NCBI RefSeq assembly: GCF_964213995.1
Contig: NW_027590163.1
Location: 124,001-188,000, forward strand
DNA from: Mustelus asterias
Lineage: Eukaryota
Length of the DNA stretch: 64,000 bases
Reading direction: 5' to 3'
Part shown: one piece after another, positions 45,935-60,055 of the stretch
Position numbering within the stretch: position 1 is the stretch's first letter
Layout of the letters: the number at the start of each line of letters is the position of its first letter
Program-made: the position numbers and the translations under genes
The notes under the pieces: generated by a model
Told to the model about the DNA's origin: nothing
Seen by the model: only the letters and a program-made list of their open reading frames with translations
Databases searched by the model: none

Positions 45935-47070
45935 AGTCCCACATGGCAGGTTGGTTAAGAAGGTTAAGGCTCATGGGATACAAGGAGAAGTGGCTAGATG
46001 GGTGGAGAACTGGCTTGGCCATAGGAGACAGAGGGTAGTGGTCGAAGGGTCTTTTTCCGGCTGGAGGTCTGTGACCAGTGGTGTTCCGCAGGGCTCTGTA
46101 CTGGGGCCTCTGCTATTTGTGATATATATAAATGATTTGGAAGAAGGTGTAACTGGTGTAATCAGCAAGTTTGCAGATGACACGAAGATGGCTGGACTTG
46201 CGGATAGCGAAGAGCATTGTCGGGCAATACAGCAGGATATAGATAGGCTGGAAAATTGGGCAGAGAGGTGGCAGATGGAGTTTAATCCGGATAAATGCGA
46301 AGTGATGCATTTTGGAAGAAATAATGTAGGGAGGAGTTATACAATAAATGGCAGAGTCATCAGGAGTATAGAAACACAGAGGGACCTAGGTGTGCAAGTC
46401 CACAAATCCTTGAAGGTGGCAACACAGGTGGAGAAGGTGTTGAAGAAGGCATATGGTATGCTTGCCTTTATAGGACGGGGTATAGAGTATAAAAGCTGGA
46501 GTCTGATGATACAGCTGTATAGAACGCTGGTTAGGCCACATTTGGAGTACTGCGTCCAGTTCTGGTCGCCGCACTACCAGAAGGACGTGGAGGCGTTAGA
46601 GAGAGTGCAGAGAAGGTTTACCAGGATGTTGCCTGGTATGGAGGGTCTTAGCTATGAGGAGAGATTGGGTAAACTGGGGTTGTTCTCCCTGGAAAGACGG
46701 AGAATGAGGGGAGATCTAATAGAAGTGTACAAGATTGTGAAGGGGATAGATAGGGTGAACAGTGGGAAGCTTTTTCCCAGGTCGGAGGTGACGATCACGA
46801 GGGGTCACGGGCTCAAGGTGAGAGGGGCGAAGTATACCTCAGATATCAGAGGGACGTTTTTTACACAGAGGGTGGTGGGGGCCTGGAATGCGCTGCCAAG
46901 TAGGGTGGTGGAGGCAGGCACGCTGACATCGTTTAAGACTTACCTGGATAGTCACATGAGCAGTCTGGGAATGGATGGATACAAACGATTGGTCTAGTTG
47001 GACCAAGGAGCGGCACATGATTGGAGGGCCGAAGGGCCTGTTTCCTGTGCTGTACTGTTCTTTGTTCTTT
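45935..47070 (+). mobile_element. Young 5'-truncated CR1-clade LINE with open RT C-terminus
   Basis: Uninterrupted ORF to 46997 with [10 protein letters not shown] and FADD; (TTCTTTG) tail. Confidence 0.92.
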
Positions 47071-48764
47071 GTTATTGATGCACAGCCAGGTCCCGTGTGC
47101 AACAATTTGACGATATCCGGTCGGGACAAAGGGGAGAAATATAATTCTCCCAGCCTCATGCCTGGTGTAATCCTGCCACCCAGCCACTGAACGCCACGTA
47201 TGTTCCGAGTTTGAATAGAGAACACCTCAGTCACAGAAAGAGATAAACTCCCCTCTTTAAACTGGGAACAAGCTGTGCTCATTCCTTGGGGAAACTTTTT
47301 AAAATCAGCCTCCCAACAGTTATTTATTTGTATGTTCAGTTGTTTATTTCTGTAAATCAGGAATCCCACAGGGCTGTGACTGAGGTTTTTCTCCAGAGAC
47401 AGGGAGCTGGGCGCTGACCACAAACTGGACAACCCCCAGATCCTGCGTCTCATCCCACCACCTCACATCAACCCACACCTCTGTTTTTCTGTCAATGTCT
47501 GTATTTCCCTCACCCCCACCCTAGATTTCTGTGTTCTATAAGTCCCTTCGATTAACTCAGTAAATCCTGCCCTGATTCGATCTACCAAAATGAATCACCT
47601 CGCATTTGTCTAAATTAAATTCCATCTGCCATCCGTCAGCCCACTGGCCCAGTTGATCAAGAACCCGTTGCAATCCGAGATACCCTGCTTCACTGTCCAC
47701 TGTGCCACCAATCTTGATGCCACCTGCAAACTTATTAGTCATGCCTCCTAAATTCTCATCCAAATCAATGCAACACGGGACATGGAGAAATCAGACATTG
47801 ATACAGACAATTCTGATATTTGGCCTCATGCTTCAACGCCACACTGGTTGCTTGACCTGAAATAGATGCTCTATTCTGAAATTATTCAACACTAGTGTAG
47901 TCATGGAGGAACAGACAGACGTAGCGCAGTGAAACTTTATACTGTTGATGACAGTCTAGGGTCAGAAAGATTGAAGGAACTCACAAGGTCAATCCTATTT
48001 TTTTGATGCGAGTGGGGTGAGAGAGAGAGAGAGTGTGTTGAGCTGAAGGGGAATTTTGAGATGAGAAGGTCAGTGTTGAGGTGAGGCGTGCTGCTGTGGA
48101 TGGTGGGACTTGAGGTGATAGGTGGTGTACTGAGGTGAGAGGGAGTGTGTTGATGTAGGGGGGAGCTTTCAGAAGAGAGGGGAACAACATGATGTTATAT
48201 CAATACACACTGATCCAACAATCGCTCCCAAAATATTTGCTGCAGGGATTAGGTGCGAAGTCAATCTGTCTCCTCATGCTGCCACCTAGAGCGCGGAGGG
48301 CGTGGTGACAGCTCTTAAACACAGAGCAAACATCATCTGCAACATCCCATCAAACACTCCAATGTTAGCTACAGAGGTCTAGTGTCACTTCCACCCCATC
48401 TTAACTGTATGACCAGGCTGTCTATGGCTGCTAAAGTGAAGGTTCAACTTAGTCAGGCAATCTTCAGGCGAGATATCCCGCAAGCTTGCACCCATCAAAC
48501 ATTTACAGGGATAAGCTGTCTCTGCAATCTCCCATCAAATGCCCTAATTGTAGATGCACCACAGGCCTAGATACACAAAATATCTCCCTCGATACTGTCC
48601 AAACACGAATCTCCAGTTCAGGTAAAGTAGAGGGTGAGATGCACAGTGTGTACAGCTGAGAGGGGGAGAGTGTTGAGGTGAGAGGTGGGAGACTTGAGGT
48701 GAAAGTGGGAGTGTGCAGGTGAGAGGGGTATTCTGCGGTGTGCGGGGATGTGTTCAGTTGAGAG

Positions 48765-48960
48765 GTAGCACAGTAACACACTGGTTGGCACTGCTGCCTC
48801 ATGGCACCAAAGACCCGGGTTCGATTCCAGCTTCGGGTCACATTCTGTGTGGAATTCGCACGTTCTCCCCTGTCTGCGTGGGAATCCTCTGTGTGCTCCG
48901 GTTTCCTCCCACACTCCAATGATGTGGGAGTTAGTTAGATTGGCCACGCTAAATTGAGGT
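48765..48960 (+). mobile_element. tRNA-derived SINE fragment
   Basis: B box gggttcgattcc and SINE body. Confidence 0.7.
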
Positions 48961-48984
48961 GTCAATGGCAAATTTGAGGAGAGG

Positions 48985-51900
48985 ACGGGGTTAGATAAAT
49001 TTCCCTATCCAATGTCCCCATCAACCACTCCCAGAACAGTTACAGCACGGGGCGGGAGAGTGAGGGTAGATACATAATAAACGTCCTTCTACATTGTCCT
49101 CATCAAACACTCCCAGGATAGGGACAGTACGTGTTTAGGTGCAGAATAAGTCTCCCTCTGTACTGTCCCCATCAAACGCTCAAGACAGGTACAGCACGGG
49201 GTTAGATACAGAGTTAACCTCCCTCTGTCCTCAACAAAAACTCCCAGGAAAGCTACAGTACATGGACAGATGGAGAATAAAGTTTATTTTACAGCATCCA
49301 TATCGAAATAGGGGAAGAATTCGGCAATTGTTGCTCTAGCCTGCTCCTCCAGTCTGTTTCATAATGTCTGATTTGATGTCTCTCTCTCTCCCCTTAACGC
49401 TGTAAACATTGTCCCTTCAACTTCCCATTCAATTTCCTGTTGGAGTCCGCAATGGAATTTGCTTCCACCTCACGGTCCGACAGTACATTCCAGATTCCAC
49501 TCATCGCTACATTACAAAGGTTTCTTCATGTTGCTTCTGTCTCCATGCACATTAAATCAGCGTCCTCTGGCTGAGAGGAGGAGTGTGCAGCTGAGAGGAG
49601 ATGTGTTGCAGTGAGAGGGGCGAATTGAGGTGAGGAGAGGGTTAAAATGATGGGGAGTGTTTTGAGGTGAGGGGGTTCAGTGCTGAGGTGAGGGGGTAGT
49701 GTTGATTTGAGAGAGGGAGTGTGTTGTGTTGAGGGGGCCGTTTTGAGGTGAAACTGTGTTATTGGGAGGGGAAGGGATGTGTTGATGTGAGGGGTTTGTG
49801 TTAATCTGAGGGGAGTGTTGTGTTGAGAGGGAGAACATGGAGGTATATCATTCCACACTCGTCCACCAAACTCTCCCAGGGTATTTGCAGCAGTGGCTAG
49901 ATGCAAAGTAAATCTGTCTCTTCGGTCTGCCAACGAAAGTGAGGCGGGCAGCGAGAGCGCAGCTTAGTACTGAGCAAATTTCATTTGCACCATCCATTAA
50001 ACACTCCAATGTTAGCTACAGAATTCCAGTGTCAGCGTATTGCCCACATACCCACAGCACCTCTAAACTGTATGCCCGCCAATCCCGTGGCTAGTAACGT
50101 GCTGGTTCAATTCAGAGAATTAATGGTCCCACATCCAAATTCAGACCTGATAGCCCGCAAGACTGCGCACATCAAACATTCACATGGTAAAATTCCCTCT
50201 GCACCACCCCCATCAACAAGTGTGAGTTCAGATGCAGCTCAGGCTGCGATTTCCAGAAAACACCATCCACACTGTTTCACCAAGAAGTCCAGTGAAGGTG
50301 TAGCAAGGGCGAGATGCACAAAAAATGTCCGCATACGCTGTCCAAACTCTAAAGAACTATGCAGGAGCAGCACAGTGTAAGGTACACAGAATATCTCACT
50401 ACACTGTCCCATCAGGATCTTGAGCGCAGGTGTACACAGAGATACATATAGTTCTGACCTCCCTGTATATTGCCAGAAAAAAATCCCAGGTTTGGGTGAA
50501 GCACAGTTCAATACAGATACATCTCCTCGAGACACTGCCCTCTGAAACACTCCCAGAACAGTTACATACGGGATCACATACAGAGCAAAGCTCACTCTGT
50601 AGTGTCCCATTGAATAGTTCACTGAAGAGGGCGTTTACTCTGTTTCGACCCCCATTCAGAACCATGCTTCTGAATTTGCCATTGGATTATTGGAAACTGC
50701 GCTTCCATTGAACATTTCCAAGGATAGGGACAGCACTGGTTAAATTATATGGCCTTGCTTTACTGCCACTTCAAACAGGCCGATAAAAAGTACTTATCTT
50801 CTGTATAAAAATGTTTCCATCACTGGCCATGAAGTAATCCCAGGGCAGCCCCACTGATATTGATATTTGCCACTCGTGCTTTCATGATACCGGTGTTCTA
50901 GTAAAAATCGTCGCAGTCGTTTGTGAAATACTCCTTCAGATCTTTGCTTAATGCCGTTTAGAAACTTTGGAATTCGAATGAATTAATTACAAACATCTTC
51001 TGTTGTATGTGTCGAGTGCCCCAGTAACGTGAATAAGATTGACAGACTGATTGCAGTCAATTCCAAATGGGAAATAATTGTCCTGTGTAGAAGTGAGAAC
51101 CCGTTCCCTATTGTGATGGTTTGCAATATTCGGACAATGAGATGACCCTATCCAACACAAGAACACTTTGCAATATCTCCCAGCAACAGTGAGTCAGCGT
51201 TAACCAAGCGGGATGACATTCCCGGAGGTGCTGACATCTCACGCAGAGTGAAAACCATAATTCATTTGGTGGGGATTGCCTTGTTAAATTCAGCTGGGGA
51301 TTTATTGAGGGAATTTGTGAAAATGCATGTGGAGATCTTATACAATCTAATTGAAAAACATTTCAAAGTCTTTTTCTCCAACTGACTGTACAGAACAGAA
51401 GGGGCACATTTATAGGGATCTCAAGGTGAATAATGTTAATTCCAGTCACTGAACACCAGCATTAACTTTTTAATGCATATTATTTTATACATGTTTCACA
51501 TGCAGCGAATGTATTTATTTTAATTCTGGTATCTGAGAGGTCAGATAATTCTGATATTTAGCACCATGCTCCCACACTGCCACCTCTGCTTGACCTGAAA
51601 TAGATGCTCTGTTCAGCAATTATTTAAACCAAGTGTATTCGTGGAGGAACAAACTTACATTCTGCATCCAAACTTTATGTTGTTCATATCAGCCGTGGAT
51701 CAGCATGATTGAAGGAGCTGAAGGTTTTTGAGACAGTTTGTGTGACGCTGCTGCTGTGTTGCCTTTCATCGTTTTATAATGTGGGTGTCGCAGGGAATCA
51801 CTAGCGACAATAAGAGTGAGGTCAGTGATGTATTTGTTTGTCAGTTGGTAATAAGAATGAAGTCGGTGATACACCTGGTAGGTAAACGCCGTAGGGATGA

Positions 51901-52490
51901 GGTCAGCCATGCACCTGGATGTGTATTGACAATCAGAGCAATTCAGTAATGTATCTGTGCAGGTTGTGAAAGGAGAGTGCGGTCCCTGCTGTTCCTAAAT
52001 ACCTGGTTGCAATAAGAATCAGGTTATTTCTGCATATGCAGGGACAGGGGTAGCAGAGAGGAAACAACATGAAACTCCATCTGCAATTTCCCCAGCAAAC
52101 ACACCCAGGGCAGGGATAACGGACAGATGTTTGGGGTTGTGGAGTGGATGGCGGTGTGTGGAGTGCGGGGCTGTGTGTGGAATGCAGGGTTTTCTATGGA
52201 ATAAAAGAAACGCAACACTGTCTTTATACATCTCTCCTGGAGTAGGTACAGCATCAATTGGACACAGTACACTGCCTCTGCACTGCTCCATCAACCTTTA
52301 CTGTGCAGAGACAATACTGGATCTCTTCATGTTCCCAAAAGTGTGAGATACAGAGTAAAACTCCCTCTACACTGTCCCCATCAAGTACCCCAACGACAGG
52401 TACAGCACGGGGTTAGATACATTGTAAAGCTCTTCCTGCACTATCTCAAACACGCACTGCCAGTCCCGGGAAAGCACATGTACAGAGCTG
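48985..52490 (+). repeat. Patches of a ~67-bp satellite (gggttagatacagagtaaa..actgtccccatcaaacactcccagga..tacagcac)
   Basis: Clear units at 48985-49290 and 52340-52490; degenerate units at 49840-50830. Confidence 0.7.
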
Positions 52491-52809
52491 GAATTACATC
52501 TATTTTACGATGCCCACAGATAAGTATGATAAGATGTAGGTCCTTATGCCCTGAGAGACTGGTGGTCCAGTTGATAAGTCCAGGGCGGATTTGATGTATC
52601 TCTCCCCCCCGCAATCCTGCAAATATTTCCTTTCATTTTGACAATCGATTTTCTCTTGAAGTCCCTGATGGAATCGGAGAGCACCTCACATTCAGACAGT
52701 TAATTCCAGATAGGCGCTCGTCACTGCGTTACAAATTGGAAGTGTTGAGTTGAGACCGGTCAGTCGAAATGAGGGGGGAAATGTAAAGTCGGACGGGGAG
52801 TAATCAGGT

Positions 52810-55800
52810 AAGGGAGGAGTGGAGTATGAGCACGAGAGAGGGGGGAGTGTGGGTGCGAGGGACGGGGCAGTGTGGGTGCGAAGGGGGGAGTGTGGGTGCG
52901 AGGAGAGAGTGGGTGCAGGGGGGGTGTGGGTACGAGGGGGGAGTGTGGGTGTGAGTGGTGGGAGTGTGGGTGCGAGGTGGCAGTGTGGGTGCGAGGGGGA
53001 AGTTTGGGTGCGAGGGGGGAGTTTGGGAGCGAGGGGGCGAGGGTAGGTGCGGCGGGGGGGGGAGTCTGGGTGCGGGGGGAGTGTGGGTGCGAGAGCGGGG
53101 AGTGTGGGTGCGAGAGGGGGGAGTGTGGGTGCGGGAGGGGAGTGTTGGTGCGAAGCGGGGGGAGGGTGGGTGCGAGAGGGGGGAGTTTGGATGCGAGAGT
53201 GGGGGGAGAGTGGGTGAGAGAGTGGTGAGTGTGGACGCGAGGCGGGGGAGTGTGGGTGCGAGAGGGGGGGAGTGTGGGTGCGAGAGGGGGGAGTATAGGT
53301 GCGAGACGGTGGGAGTGTGTGTGCGATACGGGGGGGAGTGTGGGAGGGTCGAAGTGCAGGTTTGGGAGGGGGAAGTGCGGGGGCGAGAGGAGGGAGTGCA
53401 GGTGCGAGAGGGGGAGTGCAGGTGCGAGAAGGGGGGAGTGTGGGTACGAGAGGTGGGAGTGTGGGTGCAAGAGGGGGGTGTGCAGGTCCAAGAGGGGGGT
53501 GTGCAGGTCCGAGAGGGGGGATCGTGGGTGCGAGAAGAGGGAGTGCGGGTGCGAGAGGGGGGAGAGTGTGGGTGCGAGAAGGAGGGGGAGTGTGAGTGCG
53601 GGGGGGCGAGTGTGGGTGCGGGAGGGGCGGGAGTGCGGGTGCGAGAGGGAGGTGAAAGAGAAAGATTGTTGGGGTGAGAGTGGGAGTGTTGAGTTCCCTA
53701 AGGACTGGGAGGCTTGTTGATACAACAGAAAGTCTATTGAGATGAGAGGGGATTGCTGAGATGAGTTGGCAGTGTATTGTGATGAGCGATAATGTTCTGT
53801 CCTAAGAGGGGGCGTGCCGACGGCAGGGAGAGGGAGCCTGCCGACGGGTGGGATGGGGGGCGTGCCGAGGGGAGGGAGAGGGGACGTGCCGACAGGAGGG
53901 AGAGGGGGCGCGCCGACCGGAGGGAGTGGGTGCCTGCCGACGGAAGGGAGAGGGGGCGGGCCGCCGGGGGGGGGAGAGGGGGTGGGCCAACGGGGGGGAG
54001 AGGGGGCGTGCCGACAGGAGGGAGAGGGTGCGGGCGACGGAAGGGAGAGGGGGCATGCCGACGGGAGGGAGCGGGGGCGTGCCGACTGGAGGGAGAGGGG
54101 ACTGCTGAGGGTCCTGGTCTCAATTTAGCGGTGTGTGTGTTGAGATGAGTGTGGGAGTGTTGTGGTGACAGTGGGAGAGTTTAGAGTGGGACTGTTGAGG
54201 TGAGGGGAGTGCTGATTTGAGGGCACTGTTTAGGTGGGAGGGGAAGCTTCGACATTGCATTGAGCCAGTGCAGGTGAGAGTGGGTGAGTTTTGCGGTGAG
54301 AGGGGTTCTTGTTGAGAACAGAGTGGGTGAGTGTTGAGGTGATATGTGCTGAGTGTTCATGTGAGGGTAAACGGAGTTGATTAAGATGAGGGGGGAAGTG
54401 TTTAGAGCGGATGGGGTGTATTGTGGTGAGGGGCAGAGCGTTGAGGAGAAAGGGGCGGGCGGATATGAGACATAGTGTTTTAAGGTGAGTGGGGGAGGGC
54501 TTTGTTGAGATTGTTAATGTTGAGATGATAGGGGGAACTTTGAGTTAAGCGGGATTGTTGAGGTGACGGTCAGAGAATGTTGATGTGAGACTGGGTGTGT
54601 GGACGTGGGATAGGGAGCGGGTTGAGGTGGGAGGGGGAGCGCGTTGAGGCGGGAGGGGGAGCGCGTTGAGGTCGGAGGTGGAGCACGTTGAGGTCGAAGG
54701 GGAAGAACGTTGAGCAGAAAGTGGGAGTGCCAACTTGAGTGTCGATTTTTGAGATGAGATGGGGAAAGTGCAGTTTGGAGCGATCGTGCTGGAACGGGTG
54801 TGTTGAGGCCAGGGAATGTTGTGAAGTTGGAGGGGGAATTTTAATACGAGGAGTTGTATATCTTGAGTGGAGTGGGAATGATGGGGTGAGGGTTGAAAAT
54901 GTTGAGAAGTAGGTCAATGTTGAGTTGTGACGAGACAGTTAGAAGCGAGATTGTTGAGGTGCGAAGGAGGAGAGTGGATCAGAGACAGACAGTGTTGAGG
55001 TGATTATGGGAGTGTTGAGGCGAGACGGAGATTATTGAGCTTCGAGGGGGAGTGTGGATTTGAGAGCGATACCGCTGCCCAGACGGGGGAACGTTAAGAT
55101 TAGAGGAAGTTGTTAATGTGAGAGAGAAAGATTGTTGAGGTGAGAGGGAGAGTGATGACATGAGAGGGGGTGTATTGAGATGAGTGGGATTTCTTGAGGT
55201 GAGAGGGGGAAAGTTAAAATGAGATGGCGGGCGCTGAGGGGAGGCAGAGTGCTGAGATGAGAAGAGAGAGCTGACGTGAGAGGGGGAGAATGTTGTGGTG
55301 AGACGGAGGGTGGGATTTGGCCCCCAAAATCGGATAAGACCACCAGAGGTTATCGGACCTTTACATGGTCTGTGGCCGCCCGCTCCGATTCCCATGCGGT
55401 GTGGGACAGGAAATTTATCTCTTGGGGATTGTGAGGCGAGAGTGTGAAGCTGGGTGGGGAATACAGAGATGAGATGGTTCGTGTTGTGGTGGTTGGGGTA
55501 ATGTAGAGGTGAGCAGGGACGATTATTATGAGGGGGGAATATGTTAAGGTGGGAGGAGGAGAGTTGTGTTGAGTGGGGGAGTGTTGAGTTGAGAGGTGGT
55601 GTTCTGGTGAGAGGGCTGATGTTGTCAGTGGGAGAATATAGACGGGAGAAGTTGAGTGTTGAGGTGAGAGTTGGTCTGTTGCGATGAGAGGGGATGTGCT
55701 GAGGTGCGGGGATGTGTGTTGAGGATTGCGGAAGAGTGTTGAGGTGGTGGAGAGTGCAGAGTTGAGGGGAAGTGTTTTTGAGGGGTGAGAGTGTTGAGCT

Positions 55801-56240
55801 GAGAAGGGGAGTTTTGACATGAGAGGGACATTGTTCCATTGAGGCAGAGCAGTGTTAAGATAAGGGGGCATGTCGAGCTGAGAGGAGGAGTATTCATGTG
55901 AGAGGGCTGTGTTGATGTGTAAGGGGGAGTATTAAGGAGAGTTTGGAGTGTTCAGACAGGAGTGGTCGCTGAGATCACAAGGGGTGGGTTTTGAGATAAG
56001 GGCGGTGTGGATCGCAGGTGGTGAATTCGGATGTGAGGGGGAGAATTTAGCTGCGAGACGGATAGTGTTGAGGTGAGACAGTGTTGAGGAGAAAGGGTGT
56101 CATGTCTGTCTGATCGAGGTTGTGAGAGAGGAGAAGGTGAGTATTGAGGTGAGCTGGAGTGTGTTGAGATGAGGGTGTGTGTTGAAGTGACAGGATAGTG
56201 TTGATGTGAGAGGGAGTGTTTTGCAGTAACGGGGAGTGCT
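52810..56240 (+). repeat. G-rich minisatellite complex: ~21-bp GAGTGTGGGTGCGAGAGGGGG, ~24-bp GCGTGCCGACGG.AGGGAGAGGGG, and degenerate GTGTTGAGGTGAGAGGG
   Basis: Seen directly; blocks at 52810-53660, 53805-54100 and 54130-56240. Confidence 0.9.
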
Positions 56241-56279
56241 GAGTTGAGAGCATGAATGTTAATGTTGCCGTGTGATTTT

Positions 56280-57520
56280 TTTGAATCATGCAGCTTACAT
56301 GGAGGTGGAGCGAAGCTGTTGAAGTCAGGTGATAGTTTTTACTTTCCGTTTGGTCTTTTAGTTTTGATTTGGGAAGCAGTTTATCAGCAAGCTAAGAAGC
56401 AGTCTCTCTCCCTCTCCCTGTCCTACTCTTTTTAAAAATCTGTGTTTAGCCAAACAGACTCGACTACAACTTCCACTGGGTTTATTCTCAAGGGAATTTG
56501 AGCATTCGAAATGGACACGTGTAATAAGTAGGCATTAACCTCTGTTGCATTGTGGTGATCTGGAGGGTTTTGTGGATTGGATGTTGGATTTGGTTGGAAC
56601 CCACGAGAGATACTTACCTCAGAGTTATACATTATCGTGGTTGTTATGTTTCTTGTTTGTAATTGTTAAAAGCTCTTGCGAATTGCCTTACTACACATGT
56701 CAACAATATTCTTAATTAAACTTTGTTTTGAATAAAATTTCCTCGTGGGTCAGTTCACTCACACCTGAAGTGAAACCTCTCGTGCTCCTTCTAGCCAAAT
56801 TCAAGGTAAAGGGTTACAGATCAGTGAAGCTTCATGGAACACCTGGAAGTATCCAACCTGAATTATAACAATTATAACAATTGGGGGCTCCGGGATTGAA
56901 ATCTGTATTTATGGATTGATTTGGGATGAGTGAACTCAAAGACAGTGAGTGGTGCGCAGATTTATGTTTTCTTTTCAGGTGTTGTATTCAAGTTTAAATA
57001 GGGAGTGTGGTTTCGATTCATGGCTCTTTCAGAGACTCAGAAGTTTCTGCAGGTGGAGGAAGACACGCAAGTTACCTTACAGAAAGTTACGAAAGCAAAG
57101 CTTTTGGAATTGGCAAACACATTGCAGTTGACATTGCCTGACAGAGTGCGGAAAGGAGAGACAATTGTGGCGACAGCACAGCATTTGGAATTGTCAGCAC
57201 AGTCAGAATCGTTGGAAATGGCGAGAATTCAGTTACAAATGAAAATGACTGAATTTGAAAAATAATTAAAACTCTTTGAATTGCAAGCAAAAGAAAAGGA
57301 AAGGGAGGGACAGCAAGCAAAAGAATTAAAACGATCTGAATTACAGGCAAACGAAACAAAGTGAGGAAAGAGAAAGGGGGAAGGAAAGATAGAGAGACTT
57401 TAAACTTCGGAAAATGGCCATCAAATGTAAACGTCGGGAAGGATTGGCGGAGGTAAAGGGCAAAGTACAGACTGAGGGTGGTGAGAGAATGAGGGGCAAA
57501 AAATAAATCCGGAGGTAGAA
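56280..57520 (+). mobile_element. Gypsy (Gmr1-like) LTR retrotransposon 5' remnant: LTR, degenerate PBS-Pro, gag start
   Basis: AATAAA near 56731; ..ATAACA-AT-TGGGGGCTCCGGGAT; MALSETQKFL..TKAKLLELANTLQL followed by an E/K/R-rich coiled coil; left boundary uncertain. Confidence 0.6.
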
Positions 57521-57539
57521 AACGTATGTGAAAGATGCA

Positions 57540-60055
57540 ATATTGCAATAATCATTGCGGACTTCGATATGCAGGTGGACTGGGAAAATCAGGTAGGTAG
57601 TGGATCCCAAGAAAAGGAATTTGTGGAATGTCTGAGAGATTACTTTTGGAGCAGCTTTTGACAGAGCCGACTGGGGAGCAGGCAATTCTGGATTTGGTGA
57701 TGTGTAATGAGGCAGACTTGATTAGGGAACTTAAGGTGAAGGAACTCTGAGGGAGCAGTGACCAAAATATGATAGAATGTTACCCTGCAGTTTAAGAGGA
57801 AGGAGCTGTCGTCAGATGTAACGGTATTACAATTAAATAAAGTAACTGCAAGGACATGAGGGAGGAGCTGGCCAGAGTTGATTGGAAAGGGAACCGAGCA
57901 GGGGAGAAAGTGGAACACGAATGGCAGGAGATTTTGAGAGTTTTTCCGGAGGCACATCAGAAATTCTTCCCAAGGAGGAGGAAACATGCCACAGGGAATA
58001 CGGACATCCATGGCTGATGAGGGAAGTCAAGGACAGCATAAAAGCATAAAAGAAAAAGCGTAGAAAGTGGCAAGGATTAGTGGGAAGGCAGTGGATTGGG
58101 AACCCTTGAAAAGTAAGCAGAGGACAAGTAAAAAAAGCAATAAGGGGGGAGCAGGTGAAATATGAGTGTAAGCTAACTCGTAATACAACAGAGGATAGGA
58201 ATATTTTGTTTCAATATATCAAAGGTAAGAGAGAGGCAAACATAGCCATTGGACCACTGGCAAACGAGGCTGGAGAAGGAATAATAGGAAACAAAGAAAT
58301 GGCAGAGGAACGGAATGGTTACTTTGCATCAGTCTTCACAGTTGAAGACACCAGTGGGATGCCAGAGCTCCAGGAGAGTCAGAGGGCAGAGTTGAGTGTA
58401 GTGGCCATCACTAAGAAGAAGTTTCTGCGGAAACTGAAAGGTTTGAAGGTGGATAAATCACCTGGACCGGATGGACTACACCCCAGGGTTCTAAAAGAGA
58501 TAGCTGAGGAAATTGTGGAGGCATTGGTGGTGATCTTTCAGCAATCACTGGAGGCAGGAAGGGTACCAGAGGACTGGAAAGTAGCAAATGTAACACCGCT
58601 GTTTAAGAAGGGAAGAAGGCAGCAGACGGGAAATTATAGGCTGGTTAGCATGACGTCGGTCATTGGCAAGATTTTAGAATCCATTATTAAAGGTGAGAGC
58701 TCAGAGTACTTGGAAGTGCATGATAAAGTAGGACTGAGTGAGCACGGCTTCGTCAAGGGGAGGTCATGTCTGACAAATCTGTTCTTTGAGGAGGTAACAG
58801 GGAAGTTAGATAAAGGAGAATCAGTGGACCTCATTTATTTAGATTGCCAGACGGCCTTTGATAAGGCGCTGCACAGGAGACTGTTCAATAAGTTAAGTGC
58901 CAATGGTGTTAAGGGTAAGATCCTGGCATGGATAGAGGATTGGCTGACTGGCAGAAGGCAGAGAGTGGGGATGAAGGGGTCTTATTTCAGCATGGCAGCC
59001 AGTGACCTAGTGGTGTGCGTCAGGGATCGGTGCTGGGACCACAAATTTTCACAATATACATTAACGATTTGGAAAAACGAATTGAAGGCACTGTTGCTAA
59101 GTTTGCAGATGTAATAAAGATATTCAGACAGACAGGTAGGATGGAGAAAGCGGGAGTTGGGGGGGGGGGGTGGGGGGCAGCTGTAGAAGGATTTGGACAG
59201 GTTAGGAGAGTGGGCAAAGAGATGGAATACAATGTGGAAAAGTGTGAGGTTATGCACTTTGGAAGGAGGAACAGAGGCATAGACTATTTTCTAAATCTGA
59301 AATGCTTAGAAAATCAGACGCACAAAGAAATCAGAAACACAAACGGACTTGGGAGTCCTTGTTCAAGATTCTCTGAAGGTTAACGTGCAGGTTCAGTCGG
59401 CAGTTAGGAAGGCAAATGAAAAGTTAGCATTCATGTGGGGAGGGCTGGAATACAAGACCAGAGATGTACTTCTGAGGCTGTGTAAGGCTCTTGCCAGACC
59501 CCATTTGGAGTATTGTGAGCACTTTTGGGCCCCGTATCTAAGGAAGGATGTGCTGGTCTTGGAAAGGGTCCAGAGGAGATTTACAATAATGATCCCTGGA
59601 ATGAAGAGCCTGTCGCATGAGGAAAGGTTGAGGACGCTGGGTCTCTACTTGTTGGATTTCAGAAGGTTGAGGGGGGATCCTATTGAAACTTACAGGATAC
59701 TGCGAGGCCTGGATAGAGTGGACACGGAGAGGATGTTTCCACTTGTAGGAAAAACTAGAACTAGAGGGCACAACCTCAGATGAAAGAGACGATCGTTTAA
59801 AACAGAGATTAGGAGGAATTTATTCAGCCAGAGAGTGGTGAATCTGTAGAACTCCTTGCCCACAGAAGGCTGTGGACGCCAGGTCATTGAGTGTCTTTAA
59901 GACAGAGATAGATATGTTCTTGATTTATAAGGGGATCAGGGGTTTTGGAGAAAAGGCAGGAGCAGGGAGATGAGAAGAATATCAGCCGTGATTGAATGGC
60001 AGAGCAGACTGAATGGGCCGAGTGGCCTCATTCTGCTGCTGGTCTGTTATGGTAT
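57540..60055 (+). mobile_element. Degenerate CR1-clade LINE ORF2
   Basis: KSPGPDGLHPRVLKE, NYRLVSMTS, QGSVLGP, RPHLEYC, 3' tail. Confidence 0.88.

Noticed and set aside
50850-52020. Non-repetitive, coding-looking stretches
   Set aside because: Frames I translated are interrupted by stops and I could not recognise a protein family; needs tBLASTx
52760-55900. Long Pro/His/Gly-rich ORFs up to 321 aa
   Set aside because: Translations of minisatellites that are open in several frames on both strands
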